Shown here: positions 1 through 11,889 of the stretch, piece by piece | How the letters are laid out: every line of letters starts with the position of its first letter | Position numbering within the stretch: position 1 is the first letter of the stretch | Source of the DNA: Mytilus edulis | Taxonomy: Eukaryota | Length of the DNA: 64,000 bases | Direction: 5' to 3' | Assembly: GCF_963676685.1 (NCBI RefSeq) | Contig: NC_092345.1 | Coordinates: 28,086,001 to 28,150,000 of the forward strand | Made by a program: the position numbers and the translations under genes | Notes under the pieces: model-generated | What the model was told of the DNA's origin: nothing | Database searches by the model: none | Seen by the model: the letters and a program-made list of their open reading frames with translations, nothing else

Positions 1-1197
1 GACTGCCCTGTTTCGTGTAAATTATACGGATATTGTACATGTTCAACTGACCAAAAGTGGCAATGAAACACTACTATGAAAAAGTGTTGGAAACGGAACT
101 AACGATCTAAGGGATGTAACTCTAATTTCTATAATGCTTATTTAAATCGAAGTTAAGCATATGATATTACTTTCCTCTTGAATTAAGAAAAGTTTGATTA
201 GAACAATGTAGTGCAGTCCGAATATATTACTATACTACGCAGAAAAAAGATAAAGACTGCGAAATATTTGTTGGTTATTTGTTCTTCACATTTCTATACA
301 TATACTAAAGACACGTTCTAACATTTTTTATGATTTGTGTTATGATTTTCCTTTTTCATGATTATGACAGAGAACTAATTCGACTGAAAAATCATAGTAA
401 TTAAATGCTTATCAAATGCGTCCTCCATTTCACTTTCATAATTTGTTCTGTTCTGTCAATAATGATTCACGGTATCACCGTACACCTTGAAAAACAGATA
501 AAATGATTAATTTTGAAAAGGTAAACTTTAATTGATCCTCAATTTCTAATATTACTATTTTTCAATTGTATAGATTAACCGCCATGACTTGTAAGCATTG
601 AAATCAAATACAACTCATATATCACCATTTACAGTGTGTCAATTAGCCTCGGGTAAGAGGAGTCCGAAATTAAGTCGTGTGTAACATCCGAACGTCACTT
701 AAATGTGACATTGACAGCTCAAATCCGGGTTTTTACTACCGCAAAACGCGTGTCATTGTGTAGAATATTATTTGTAGATGACTGGAATTTATTCAGCGGT
801 TTATGAAAAACACGGTGTAAATTAGAGAGTGTCCATTAACTGTCATAATATTTTGATTTTGTTAAGGTTTTATTATTTATAACGTGTCAAATATACTCCT
901 CACACAGTATGGATGGACAACATTCGGTTCATTCGGTAAAATTGAATAAGAAATGATCCATTATATTTAGCATTTAAAATTTTATTAACGTATCATTTAA
1001 AACATTATCCACAAATCTTCTTAAAAACTTAGAAATTCGGTATGCAGGAAAGGAAGAACAACAACATCAAAACTATTGTGACTTCTTAATCGCCGTTTTG
1101 ATATCTTTGGAAATAACACATGCACTGATATCAGATAAGATGATTTGAATTCAGTATACTAGTATCACTATTATATATTTTATACAGGATACAATGT

Positions 1198-1280
1198 TTT
1201 CACCTGTGTCAAAAACGAACAAAAGTATTTCTAGTAACTGCTCGACTCCATCTGTCCGTCCGTCCGTCCGTCCGTCGTAC
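1198..1280 (+). mobile_element. Fragment of a HINE/DINE-like element 5' region with (GTCC)n microsatellite
   Basis: TTTTCACCTG start, then TCTGTCCGTCCGTCCGTCCGTCCGTC at ~1250-1276. A tetranucleotide microsatellite near the 5' end is typical of DINE-1/HINE-type elements. No matching 3' end recognised. Confidence 0.35.
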
Positions 1281-1789
1281 CGCCTCAAGACCTTCGGTAG
1301 ACAACTGTCGTGACTGTTTTCTTTACTCATATATGGAAGAGAACCATTATATATTTGGTTTAAAGGTTGCATGTAACTGAGTAATGTTTAAATATGCAGC
1401 CTCTTCCTGCGTGCGTATAGTTTGAAATTTTACAACACTCGTTATTTAAGGATAATTTTTGTCATAATTTGCTTTATTTCACTGATTCATCGTGCTATAC
1501 TGATCCTTACCTAGCTGATATCTTCACTTTATATGCGATAGTCTTTACCGTGCATTGGCCGATATACTGAAATTCGAGTGTGAAACGAACGTTCGTAAAC
1601 ATGGTTTTCATAATATAATTTGCATGTTTTATTTTCAATGTTGACCGCTTTCGAATTTGCTTTCGTTTCCGTCGCTTAGCAATACGTCAAGATGTCACAT
1701 GAGTAACATACTATGCATATTGTCCTGGGACGCTAATGCCACTGCATGCATGTATTGAAGGAAAGTCGTATTGCTAAAAAAATATTCAT

Positions 1790-4170
1790 ACAGTTCTTAC
1801 ATCCCTTGAAGGTTGTTCTAGACTAGTCTTTAAACCAATTCTCCAATCCTATTTAGAAAAGTGTATGACAGAAGCTGTTGTATAACAGTAACATTCTACC
1901 TTAAAACAGATGTTGAAAGCTTTATTCTGGAACAGTTTTGGACAGTTCTACAGTACAAAAACAAAGACTGTGACAGCTCAACCATATCGATACAAACCTT
2001 TCTATTCTACCCAGGAACGGCGTGACAGTTCTACCCTTTTAGTTTTACCCGAAAAAAGATTATGAAAGTTTTACCTAATAAAAGGTTCAGAAAGTTCTAC
2101 CATAGAACAGCTTTTCAAATTTCTATATATAAGTGATTTTGACTGTTCTTTTATAGGACTGATACTGATAGTTCTATCCTAGAACAGCTTCAGATAGTTC
2201 TTCTGTAGAACTGAATATAACAGTTCTGCCAAGAATTGATTGTTACATATTCACCCTAGAACCGATCCTAATCTTGACAGCTTTTTTCTTGGACAGATTC
2301 GGACAATTCTTCAGAAGAAAATATTCTAATAGTTCAACCATTGATAGGGAATGAAAGCTTACAAGTCTACCCATTAACATGTTAGTACAGTTCTACACTA
2401 CTACATATTATGATACTAGTAGTTCTACTTTAGAATTTTTTTTTGACAGTTTTATCCGAGAAGATATTTTCAATGTTTTACATTAGAACAGGCTCATACA
2501 GTAGATATAGGAAGATGTGGTATGAGTGCCAATGAGAAAACTCTCAATCCAAGTATATATCAATTTATAAAACGTTAACCATCATACAGCTCTACCATAG
2601 AACAGTTTCATATAGTTCTACCATAGAACTGATTCAGACTGTTTTAACCTAGAACAGATTCAGACAGTTCTACTCTAGAACAGCTTCAGATAGTTCTACT
2701 CTAGTACTGATTCTAATCTTGCCAATCTATCCTGGGAAAGGCTTAAACAGTTCTTCGATAGAAAAGACTATGAGAGCTCAACTATGGAAACATACCTAGC
2801 ATTTCTACCCATGAACATGTTATTACAGTTCTACAATAGAACGTACCCGGTATTCTAACAGTTCTACTTTAGAACACGTTTTGACAGTTTTATCCAAAAG
2901 GAGATTCGGAAAGTTTTACATTAGAACAGGTTCAGACAGCTCTACCATAGAATAGCTTCTCATGGATATACCGTAGAACTGATTTTTACTGTTCTGCCTA
3001 GAACAGTTTCCGACATTTTCCTGATTTTGATCTTGACAGCTGTTTTATGACAGAAACAAACTTACAATTTTCATCATGAACAAGGTTGTACAGTTCAATC
3101 CTAAAACATATTGTGACAGTTATGTCTTGGAACAAATCCTGAAGGTTTATCATGGAACCAGTTTGAACAGTTCTATACCCATGAACGTTTTGTAGTTCTT
3201 CCTTAGATCAAGTTGTGGCAGTTTGAAGACATTCTGACAGTTATGCCATAGAACAGATTCTGATAGTTTTACACTAAACAGTTTCTGACAGTTCTACTTT
3301 AAAACAGATTCCGGCTGGTCTCTTCTAGAACGACTTCCAATAGTTCTACTCTAGAACTGATGATAACAGTTCGGCCTGGAACAATTTCTTTCAGTATTAC
3401 CCTAAAACCGGTTCTGACAGTTTCTGCTGTTCTACATGAAACTGATAATTACGATTCAATCCTTATTACGATTCTCTGATTATGACAGTTCTACTTAAGA
3501 ATATTTTCTGCTGTTCTATCTGAAAGGGATACTGATAGTTCAATCCTTCAACTGATTCTGATAGTTTTATTATCAAACTCATTCTGACAGTTCTACCCTA
3601 GAACAGATTATGAGTGTATTTATATGAGCTTCATCCGATAGTTCTATTTTGAAGCATATACGGATATTATACCCTTAAACCGATTGTGACAGTTCTATTT
3701 TAGCACAGCGTTTGATAGTTCTTTTTTTTTACAGTTATACCATATAACAGCTTCTGATATTTTACCCTAGAACTGATTCTGAAATTTCTACTCTAGAATT
3801 GAATCTGACAGTTCTACTCTAGAACTGATTCTGAGTGTTCTATCCTAGAACTGATTCTTGCAGTTTTACCCTGGAATTGATCATGATTCTGACAAATGTA
3901 CTCTAGAACTGATTCTGGTAGATGTACCCTTAAAGAAGTTCTGATAGTTCTACCTACTAATATATTCTGACATGCATTTTTACCCTAGAATAGGTTTTTT
4001 ATAATTATTCTATGGAAAAGCTTTTGATGTTCTACTCTGAAACTAATTTCTGACAGTTCTATTCTAAAATTGATTCTAGCAGTTTTATCCTATAACTGAT
4101 TATGACAGTTTTATAATTAAACAAATTTCGGTTGTGTCTTTTTTTAACGAGAACAGATTCTGATAGTGTT
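1790..4170. repeat. Degenerate 26-bp minisatellite array (consensus ~CTAGAACTGATTCTGACAGTTCTACT)
   Basis: Monomers start at 3793, 3819 and 3845 (26-bp period). Diverged copies extend over ~2.4 kb. The monomer contains an internal inverted pair, TAGAACTG/CAGTTCTA. Confidence 0.9.
2502..2581 (+). mobile_element. Truncated interspersed-repeat (family B) insertion into the minisatellite, with 8-bp TSD
   Basis: AGGAAGATGTGGTATGAGTGCCAATGAG matches other copies (e.g. reverse complement at ~16800-16830). Flanked by TCATACAG at 2494-2501 and 2582-2589. Confidence 0.75.
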
Positions 4171-5289
4171 GCTCAAAGCTGAAATTATTTATTTTTAAGT
4201 TTAAACCCGTAGGCAAAATTATCTTAAACGTTTTTTATGGTTCTGTATTTTCTAACTTTCCGAAGCGTTCATTTTAAAGAAGAAGAAAATTAATCATGCG
4301 TTTGAATTAAGGGAGACAACAATTCTGATTTATTTAGAAAAGATGAACAAGATAAAATGGTTGCTTCCGTCGAAGCCTCATATGGAAAAACAGAAAACTT
4401 TTCGAGATTCCCGCCATCGTCGTTGCGTTTTATCTAAGTTCTTTTTGACGAACCCTTTGTTTACAGGATTGGCGATTTACTGAAACGTGTTTTCAGTGTT
4501 GTCTGTTCTATCTTGATCGGTTTGAATTTTGATATCATGTCACCCTGTGATGTATTTTAATATGCTTTTATAAAGTGTACTGCTATAATTCGGAATGGTA
4601 TTTTTTCATAAATATCGTCTTTTTTTCAGTCAATAATGTAACTATTACACATTAATTGTATGTGGTCATAAAGATATAGGTCCATGATCTTTATAGCTTA
4701 CTGTTCGATGTGAGCAAAGTCTTAGTGTTGAAGGCCGTACTTCGACCTATAATTGTTTATTTTTTATACATGGTGACGAGGAAGCATAGTTGTCTCATTG
4801 CAACTTATATACGTCATCTTCTTTTAATAATGTTGACTTTCTTTTATGAGTATATATATAATATAGATAATTGTAATATATTTAGGAACATATTTGAAAA
4901 AATATTCAAATTATCTTAGAATTTAGCGGCATCCTTTGATAAAACTTTAAAGACATAGTCTAGGAAAACATCCAAAAGGGTGGCGAGTTAAGAATTAACA
5001 CTATTATTTTGACGCTGAATACAAAGTCTCAGAGAAATAAATTATAATTAATAATTCAGTTATCTAACTAGGTGAATGGTACAACACGAATTCTGTATTA
5101 TCAAGCTTGAAATTAATTTATTTAACCTGACGATAAACCATGTCATAAAAAACTAAATTTAATGTTATAGTAACAAAGGTTAAGGAATCCGTCATTTTCT
5201 CGTAAGCTGGCACTATCCTTTTCTTCATATATCTCACTAGCTACAAACGATTTAAATATACCACTTATTCATGACATACTACAACTACG

Positions 5290-5570
5290 AGATGTTACAA
5301 AGATAATGACGGATATGTTCCAATCGTCGTTACCACAATCCCGACGACCTTTTGCCTGAACTTGACCTACTGAATTAGACTAAACACCGGGTTTGTTTAC
5401 CCTTCCGGAACCCCAGAGATCATCCCCGGTTTTAGTGCACAGTCTCTGTTTTTCTATGTTCTGTTTTGTATACAGTTGCCTGTTTCTTTTTCTGTTTCTT
5501 GGTCTATTCTTTTTCATGCAGTAGTCAGGTTATCTCGAGTTTGAATGTCTCTCTGATATCTTTCGCCTTT
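5290..5570 (+). mobile_element. Degenerate copy of retroelement 3'-end family E
   Basis: TTACCCTTCCGGAACCCCAGAGATCATCCCCGGTTTT...TCTCTGATATCTTTCGCC matches the reverse complement of 30967-31180. Other copies at ~21240, 27410, 36905 and 61930. Confidence 0.7.
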
Positions 5571-5574
5571 TTTT

Positions 5575-6031
5575 TTTAGAATCATATTCAGAACAGTGTG
5601 ACTGTAGCCATTGATTGACGACCTAAATTATCCCATTGACTCAGTGGGACAGATTAAGTGAACGTTTGTCTGTAACGATCACTGCTCACTACTTACTTAT
5701 TATAGAATTTAAACTGTGGGGTCACCAAAGGTTCTTAACGCCTTTAATAATTAAAAAATCGAAAAAAATAATCAGGAATTACCTTTAGGTTTTGATTTAT
5801 ATTATTGGTATAAATCAAAAAAACGTGTTATTCCTGATTAATTTTCCGAATTACTTTATTTAGGTTTTGAGAACCTTTGGTGACCCCCACAGTTTCAGTG
5901 TCTTTAACAAGTACATAGTGAGCAGTGATCGTTACAGACAAACCTTCACCTGATCTGTCCCAATCCATGGGATAATTTAGGTCGTCACTCAATGGCCACA
6001 GCCACACTACTGTTTTGAATATGATTCTAAA
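5575..6031. mobile_element. Foldback MITE (whole element is a ~457-bp imperfect palindrome)
   Basis: Ends TTTAGAATCATATTCAGAACAG / CTGTTTTGAATATGATTCTAAA. Internal pairs include GACGACCTAAATTATCCCAT / ATGGGATAATTTAGGTCGTC and TTTGTCTGTAACGATCACTGCTCACTA / TAGTGAGCAGTGATCGTTACAGACAAA. Centre ~5800. Confidence 0.9.
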
Positions 6032-6439
6032 TATAACTTGGAAGCTCTGGCATGTTTGGATTGTTAAATTGAATTTTGTTCAAATGAAATAACACAGAAG
6101 AAAGGTAACAAAAGAATGGAAAGAAACGAGTTAAAAGGGAGCGACAGTTGTATAAAAATACATCGCCTTTAAACTCCAGTCATACTTTCCGTACTAGTTG
6201 AAAACTCGGTAATTGTCGTTGTAAATTGGCATTGGTATCGATAGGGACTGATATTTAACTGTCATTTTTATGACGCTTATCAAAAATCGAAGTCAAAAGT
6301 ACATGAATTTAAATTTTAGTAGAAAACCGTCTAAATTCCATGATCAAAATTTGATAAAACTTATCAATATGTGATTTATATATATATATATGATCAAGAT
6401 TTTTTTTAAACATACCACAGAATTTTAATAAAGGGAACT

Positions 6440-6660
6440 GATTCCTAATATTTCCTTCCTGGATTCTGCATATTTAAGTTTGAATGGGCAAACTGTCAAA
6501 AGAGACGATTTCCAATTCCCTATTAAAACTTTCCTTTTAACGTTGGTGTTTCATTGGGTTTCTTCTTATGGTGTGTATATTTCATGAGTTGTTCATGTCT
6601 TTAGTGACGTTTTATTTTTTGATAATAAGGTTATAATATACTAGTAGTTGATATTTATTT
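6440..6660 (+). pseudogene. Decayed C-terminal reverse-transcriptase fragment of a (probably Penelope-like) retroelement
   Basis: Hand translation gives FLD..., KRDDFQFPI (from 6498) and SSYGVYIS* (~6561-6587), resembling the YDKRDDF.F.I.NFP...YGVYISQL motif of abundant invertebrate retroelement RTs. Followed by repeat-like 3' sequence to ~7130. Confidence 0.6.
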
Positions 6661-8929
6661 AATAATTGAAATTGTTTTGAATTGGCGAGTACTTTTAAAT
6701 CGATTTATTGGGTTTTGTTTTGTGTCTCTTTTTCGTTGTTGCTATTTTGTGTGTCCTTCTGGTCGATTTGATGAGTAAATAAAGCCCTGTCCCACTCATT
6801 TTTCACATTTAAACTTATGTTGTTCTGTTTCAAATCGTTCTCATGTTAAGTGAGGTTTGAACCCTCAAACATATTTAACCTTGCACATTCTGTATGTGTC
6901 TGTCTCAAGTCAAAAATGCATCGGTAAATCAGTGTCTGTTGTTGGTTGATGCATGCCATATTTGTTTCTCTATTTCATTGTTTAACATTAATGGGGTCGT
7001 TGGTTTTTTCTTTTGAGTTGTTTCACATTTGTCGTGTTGGTAACCTTTATACATTACTAAATTGTTTGAACTTTTTTGTTCATTTTTGAAGCCCGTGCAC
7101 CGACCTATAGACTAAATGTAGTTGTATTAGGTCCATTTTTTTGTTGTCCCAAACAGCTTTACAACTGAAACGTTTATTGAATATCCTGATTTTAGAAACT
7201 AAAGTTACATACATCTTTGTCCTAGTTTTTTTTGTCTATGATGGATATTGTGTCATGGATAAACAAACCACGAAATACTCACGAATGTAAACGTAGCGTC
7301 TATATATGTATTATGATGAATATTGTGATATCGGCTTGCAGTCTCATTGACATATGGTCCATATCTTCTTTAAATCTTAAAATGGTGACATTTGGCTGTT
7401 TTCTGCTCTTTGGTCAGGTTTTTGTCTCTTTGACACATTCACTGTTTCCATAATGGCATTATCAATTTATTTGCAAACACCAGCTTTGAAATATAATTAA
7501 TTACGATTTGTTCATGAATGTAACTCATCAGCTTAAATATTTAGTAAAATCTGGCACTAGAAACCTGTATACTTGAAAAGTTGATAAGTTGAAAACAACA
7601 AATACAAATTGATATAAATTTTATTTTTGATTATTGGAATTTTACACAATTTTCAGCTAACTTGGCTATATCATGGAAAACTGTTTTTGTTCTTGGATAC
7701 AGTCAAGTTACCCGAAGAGAACATTCTACCTTCGGAAGGAAAACCAAACAACTAGTCAATTCAGATTAGAGATTTACGCACCTTGCGGAAGAGTCCACTG
7801 TAGATAAAACACTTGGTCACTGATGACCCCTAAATGAATTGATGACCCCTAAATGAATTCAACACAAAATAAAAAAAAACATGGATTAAAAATTACAAAT
7901 AAGAAAAAAATACAACATGTGCAAATATAGTAAGCAAAAAAACCTACCAGTATGAGAATTAAAGTTGTGGTTACAACTATTGGAACATATCCGTCGTCAT
8001 CTGCATGTAAAACAGATATTCAATAACGGTTAACCGATTCGTGATAGTGCACTTGATAAACCAGGTGCTCCGCAGGGCGCAGCTTTATACGACCGCAGAG
8101 GTCGAACCCTGAACAGTTGGGGCAAGTATGGACAAAACATTCAAGCGTGATACAGCTCTGAATTTGGATTGTGATCAAATTTTTGACATTACATGGTTTT
8201 TTTTTACACAAAACAAATGTCAAGATTTTACAAATCAATTAAAGATTTCTTCTTCAAACTTTTTAAATCTAAAATTAAATAGTTGACACAGCATAGGTTT
8301 CTGACACATAATGAATGTGGTCTAATGAACTTAAAAGTTTTTTTTTGCCTTTGAGCAATTCACTATGCTGTTGAATATTAATCCTCTCAAAAAAATGTTT
8401 GAAGAAATTTTCTTTTTATTTATGAAATCTGAAATGAGAAAAATTTAAACCCCCCCCCCTTTTTTTTCACATCCCCGTTTCCCTTTTTCCAAAACTGATA
8501 TCAATTCAAATTTCTAATGGAGTTTGCAACAATAACTACTCTTTTAAATACATCATAAAATATTAAAATGTAAAATAAAGTGCTTGTTATCACTGAATGG
8601 TAAAGATTGGTTGGTAGTAAAAGTGAATATACATTGTTTATTGTATAAAACAATAAAAAAAACTTCATCAGCAACATTTTATATTGGCAAATTTCCAATG
8701 AAGTTATTTACATAAAGTTATTGGCAAATAAAAATAGAAAATGACATCATAGTCATGTCTGGCAAATTTCCAACATATATTATCAACTATTATTCTATAC
8801 AAAGAAAGATAACTCCAATTGAAAATTAATTGCTATTGCACAATATTGTGCAATTAGATATTTCTTGCTATTGTGCAATACTGTGCAATTGAAAATTTCT
8901 TGCTTTTGCACAATACTTGATATGGAATC

Positions 8930-9470
8930 CTGATTTGGACCAACTTGAAAACTGGGCCCATAATCAAAAATCAAAGTACATATTTAGATAAAGCATATCA
9001 AATAAGCCCAAGAATTTAATTTTTGTTAAAATCAAACGTAGTTTAATTTTGGACCCTTTGGACCTTAATGTAGACCAATTTGAAAACTAGACCAAAAATT
9101 AAGAATCTACATACACAGTTAGATTTGGCATATCAAAGAACCCATTTATTCAATTTTTGATGAAATCAAACAAAGTTTAATTTTAGACCCCCATTTGGAC
9201 CAACTTTAAAACTAGGCCAATAATTAAAAATTTAAGTTCATTTTTAAATTCAGCATATCAAAGAACCCCAAGGATTCAATTTTTGTTAAAATCAAACTAA
9301 GTTTAATTTTGGACCCTTTGGACCTTAATGTAGACCAATTTGAAAACTGGACCAAAAGTTAAGAATCTACATACACAGTCATGACAGTTAGATTCAGCAT
9401 ATCAAAGAACCCCAATTATTCAATTTTGATGAAATCAAACAAAAGTTTAATTTTGGACCCTTTGGGCCCC
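8930..9470. repeat. ~130-bp alternating A/B subrepeats (~260-bp higher-order unit) inside the HINE
   Basis: GACCAA(C/T)TT(G/T)AAAACT recurs at ~8938, 9073, 9199 and 9333; copies 1/3 and 2/4 are most similar. Confidence 0.8.
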
Positions 9471-10075
9471 TTATTATGTTGGGACCAAAACTCCCAAAAT
9501 CAAACCCAACCTTTCTTTTATGGTCATAAACCTTGTGTTTAAATTTCATAGATTTCTATTTACTTATACTAACGTTATGGTGCGAAAACCAAGAAAAATG
9601 CTTATTTGGGTCCCTTTTTGGCCCCTAATTCCTAAACTGTTGGGACCTAAACTCCCAAAATCAATACCAACCTTCCTTTTGTAGTCATTAACATTGTGTT
9701 TAAATTTCATTGATTTCTATTTACTTAAACTAATGTTATTGTGCGAAAACCAAGAATAATGCTTATTTGGGCCCTTTTTTGGCCCCTAATTTCTAAACTG
9801 TTGAGACCAAAACTCCCAAAATCAATCCCAACCGTTCATTTGTGGTCATAAACCTTGTGTCAAAATTTCATAGATTTCTATTAACTTAAACTAAAGTTAT
9901 AGTGCGAAAACCAAGAAAATGCTTATTTGGGCCCTTTTTGGCCCCTAATTCCTAAAATGTTGAGACCAAAACTCCCAAAATCAATACCAACCTTCCTTTT
10001 GTGGTCATAAACCTTGTGTTAAAATTTCATAGATTTCCATTCACTTTTACTAAAGTTAGAGTGCGAAAACTAAAA
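9470..10075. repeat. ~160-bp tandem repeat (~3.7 copies) inside the HINE
   Basis: G(G/A)GACC(A/T)AAACTCCCAAAATCAA at 9481, 9642, 9803 and 9962 (periods 161, 161, 159). Confidence 0.9.
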
Positions 10076-10089
10076 GTATTCGGACGCCG

Positions 10090-10133
<44 letters not shown>

Positions 10134-10544
10134 CGACGCCAACGTGATAGCAATATACGACGAAAATTTTTTCAAAATTTGCGGTCGTATAAAAATGTAT
10201 GGTAAAAAATATAAACGAGCAAATAACAAAGAAAAAGTATAACAGCTTTGATAAAGGCTCAACAAAACGGCTACTACCAACTAAGAACATAAGATCTGTA
10301 CAATGATTTACAGAATGAGATTTAGGGATCACAACGGAATTAAGCCCTGACTAACATACTCCTTTCCGCCAAGTGTTTGATGGGCCTCAGCCATCACAGT
10401 TTCTCCAAATACCAACATTATCTTCATTGTACTATTCATATCTATACTTATATTTTCAAGCTTGATTTAACGACATAAATTCGACAAATAGTAACCTCTA
10501 TCAATACCTCGTGTATTTGGGTCTCGAAGTTGAAAAGTTTGTAA

Positions 10545-10960
10545 ATAAAGGCAACAGAGTATAACGATGTTCAATAGTCGTAATTCGATTAACAAACTAA
10601 AACCGGGAGAAACACATCAACAATAAGAGGAAAGCAACGGAACAACAAAAACAACGGAACAACAGAAACAACGGAACAACAGAAACACCAGACTACAGCA
10701 AAAGGTAACACCAACATACATAGACACGTATTGTAGATAACAACTGTCATATTCCTGATTTAGTACAGGAGTGAATGGTAAGTTGAACCTAGTGTTATGG
10801 CCAGCCAAACCTACCGCTTATGTGGCAATGTTAAAATAAATACCAATAAAATTAAAACACTGTGTTACAGAACTACAGTACATATTTGTGAAACGCAAGA
10901 ATACTCAGCACAGAGAAATACATTAATAAATAATATAAAAGTACATTACAACATGTAAAT
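10545..10960 (+). mobile_element. Interspersed repeat family C (AATAAAGGCAACAG... head)
   Basis: Same sequence at 35146-35500 (+), and reverse-complemented at ~36030-36316, 47185-47228 and 47560-48096. Confidence 0.75.
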
Positions 10961-11679
10961 GTAAACGTAAATTATAGTAAATTTTGTACAATTGCCGTAA
11001 AAACTAACATTCGAAAAAGTTGCCTAATTAATATAAAAACAAGGAGATATTGTATGATTGCCAATGACTATCATCATTCACTAGAGTGAAAATGTAGTAG
11101 TAAGCAATTAAGGAAACCGTACGATCTTCAACAATGAGAAAACCTATACCGTTTAGTCGGCTATTAAAAGCTATAGCTATAAAACAAATGTGCAAAAATT
11201 CGAGCAAGAGCGAATAAAACTGACGGCCTATTCTTTATAAGCAAAAAAAAAAAAATATGACATTTATAAACCAACTAATGTACAGAAGGCTCCTGCGGGT
11301 TTAAAAGTGATTGTGAGCGCTCAATTCTCCGCACACTACGACAGTGGTGTAACATCACAAAATAAGTGGCTTAATTCAAATGAGGCACAAAAACCAAGAA
11401 CCAAAAACATAAAAAAAAAAAAGATAGACTCAAAGCACCAAAATTAGAGTACGTTACTGAAAGCTAGTTATAAGTCAATTACTACTCATGCATAATTCAT
11501 TTTCCCCAAGACTAAATTAAAGCGAGTGTTTGTACCGTCGATTCGATTTTGCACTATAATCTGACATACACAACTAGAAGCTACATAGACTCAATTTAGT
11601 TACATGTATATATTTTATTCTATGAATAAACATACTGAAAGCAAAGATGCAAAAGTCTATATAACTCATATTTACTATG

Positions 11680-11889
11680 AAGAACACTCTGTTGAACCTG
11701 TTACATACTCCGTCATTTATGTTGTTTAAGTCAGCCACTAAATATAACTCCGCAGATTCGCATTTGTCATGTGATATATACAAATTCGGATCTACAGGGT
11801 AGATATAGTGGAGAAAGTTACACATGCGCAGCAAAGCATCTCCAAAATTCTTCAGTCATATCCTGGACCAAAGCACTTGAATTCGCCAT
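11680..11889 (-). pseudogene. Decayed first exon of a RING-finger/TRIM-like gene
   Basis: AAGATGGCG start at 11889 gives MANSSALVQDMTEEFWRC...*LSPLYLPCRSEF; after frameshifts CE...LRSYI. Resembles the N-terminal RING pattern EEFL.C.IC...P..LPC.H.FC..CL..YI. Several cysteines are lost and stops are present. Confidence 0.4.

Larger units (their letters stand above)
8059..10195 (-). mobile_element. Non-autonomous Helentron-like element (HINE/DINE type) with internal tandem arrays
   Basis: Subterminal inverted repeats TTTATACGACCGCA (8084-8097) / TGCGGTCGTATAAA (10180-10193). Inner partial IR ATATACGAC at ~10153. (GAC)n microsatellite ~10090-10140. GC-rich imperfect hairpin 8064-8083. T-rich termini on the minus strand. 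Confidence 0.85.

Noticed and set aside
1790-4170. Heat-shock element array (GAA/TTC-rich)
   Set aside because: TTC-to-GAA spacing does not fit the alternating nGAAn register.
7818-7860. CACTGATGA as another hammerhead core
   Set aside because: No stem II/GAAA/stem III follows; it is part of a short direct duplication.
10027-10332. Poly-Val and poly-Ser ORFs
   Set aside because: Products of the (GAC)n microsatellite in the HINE.
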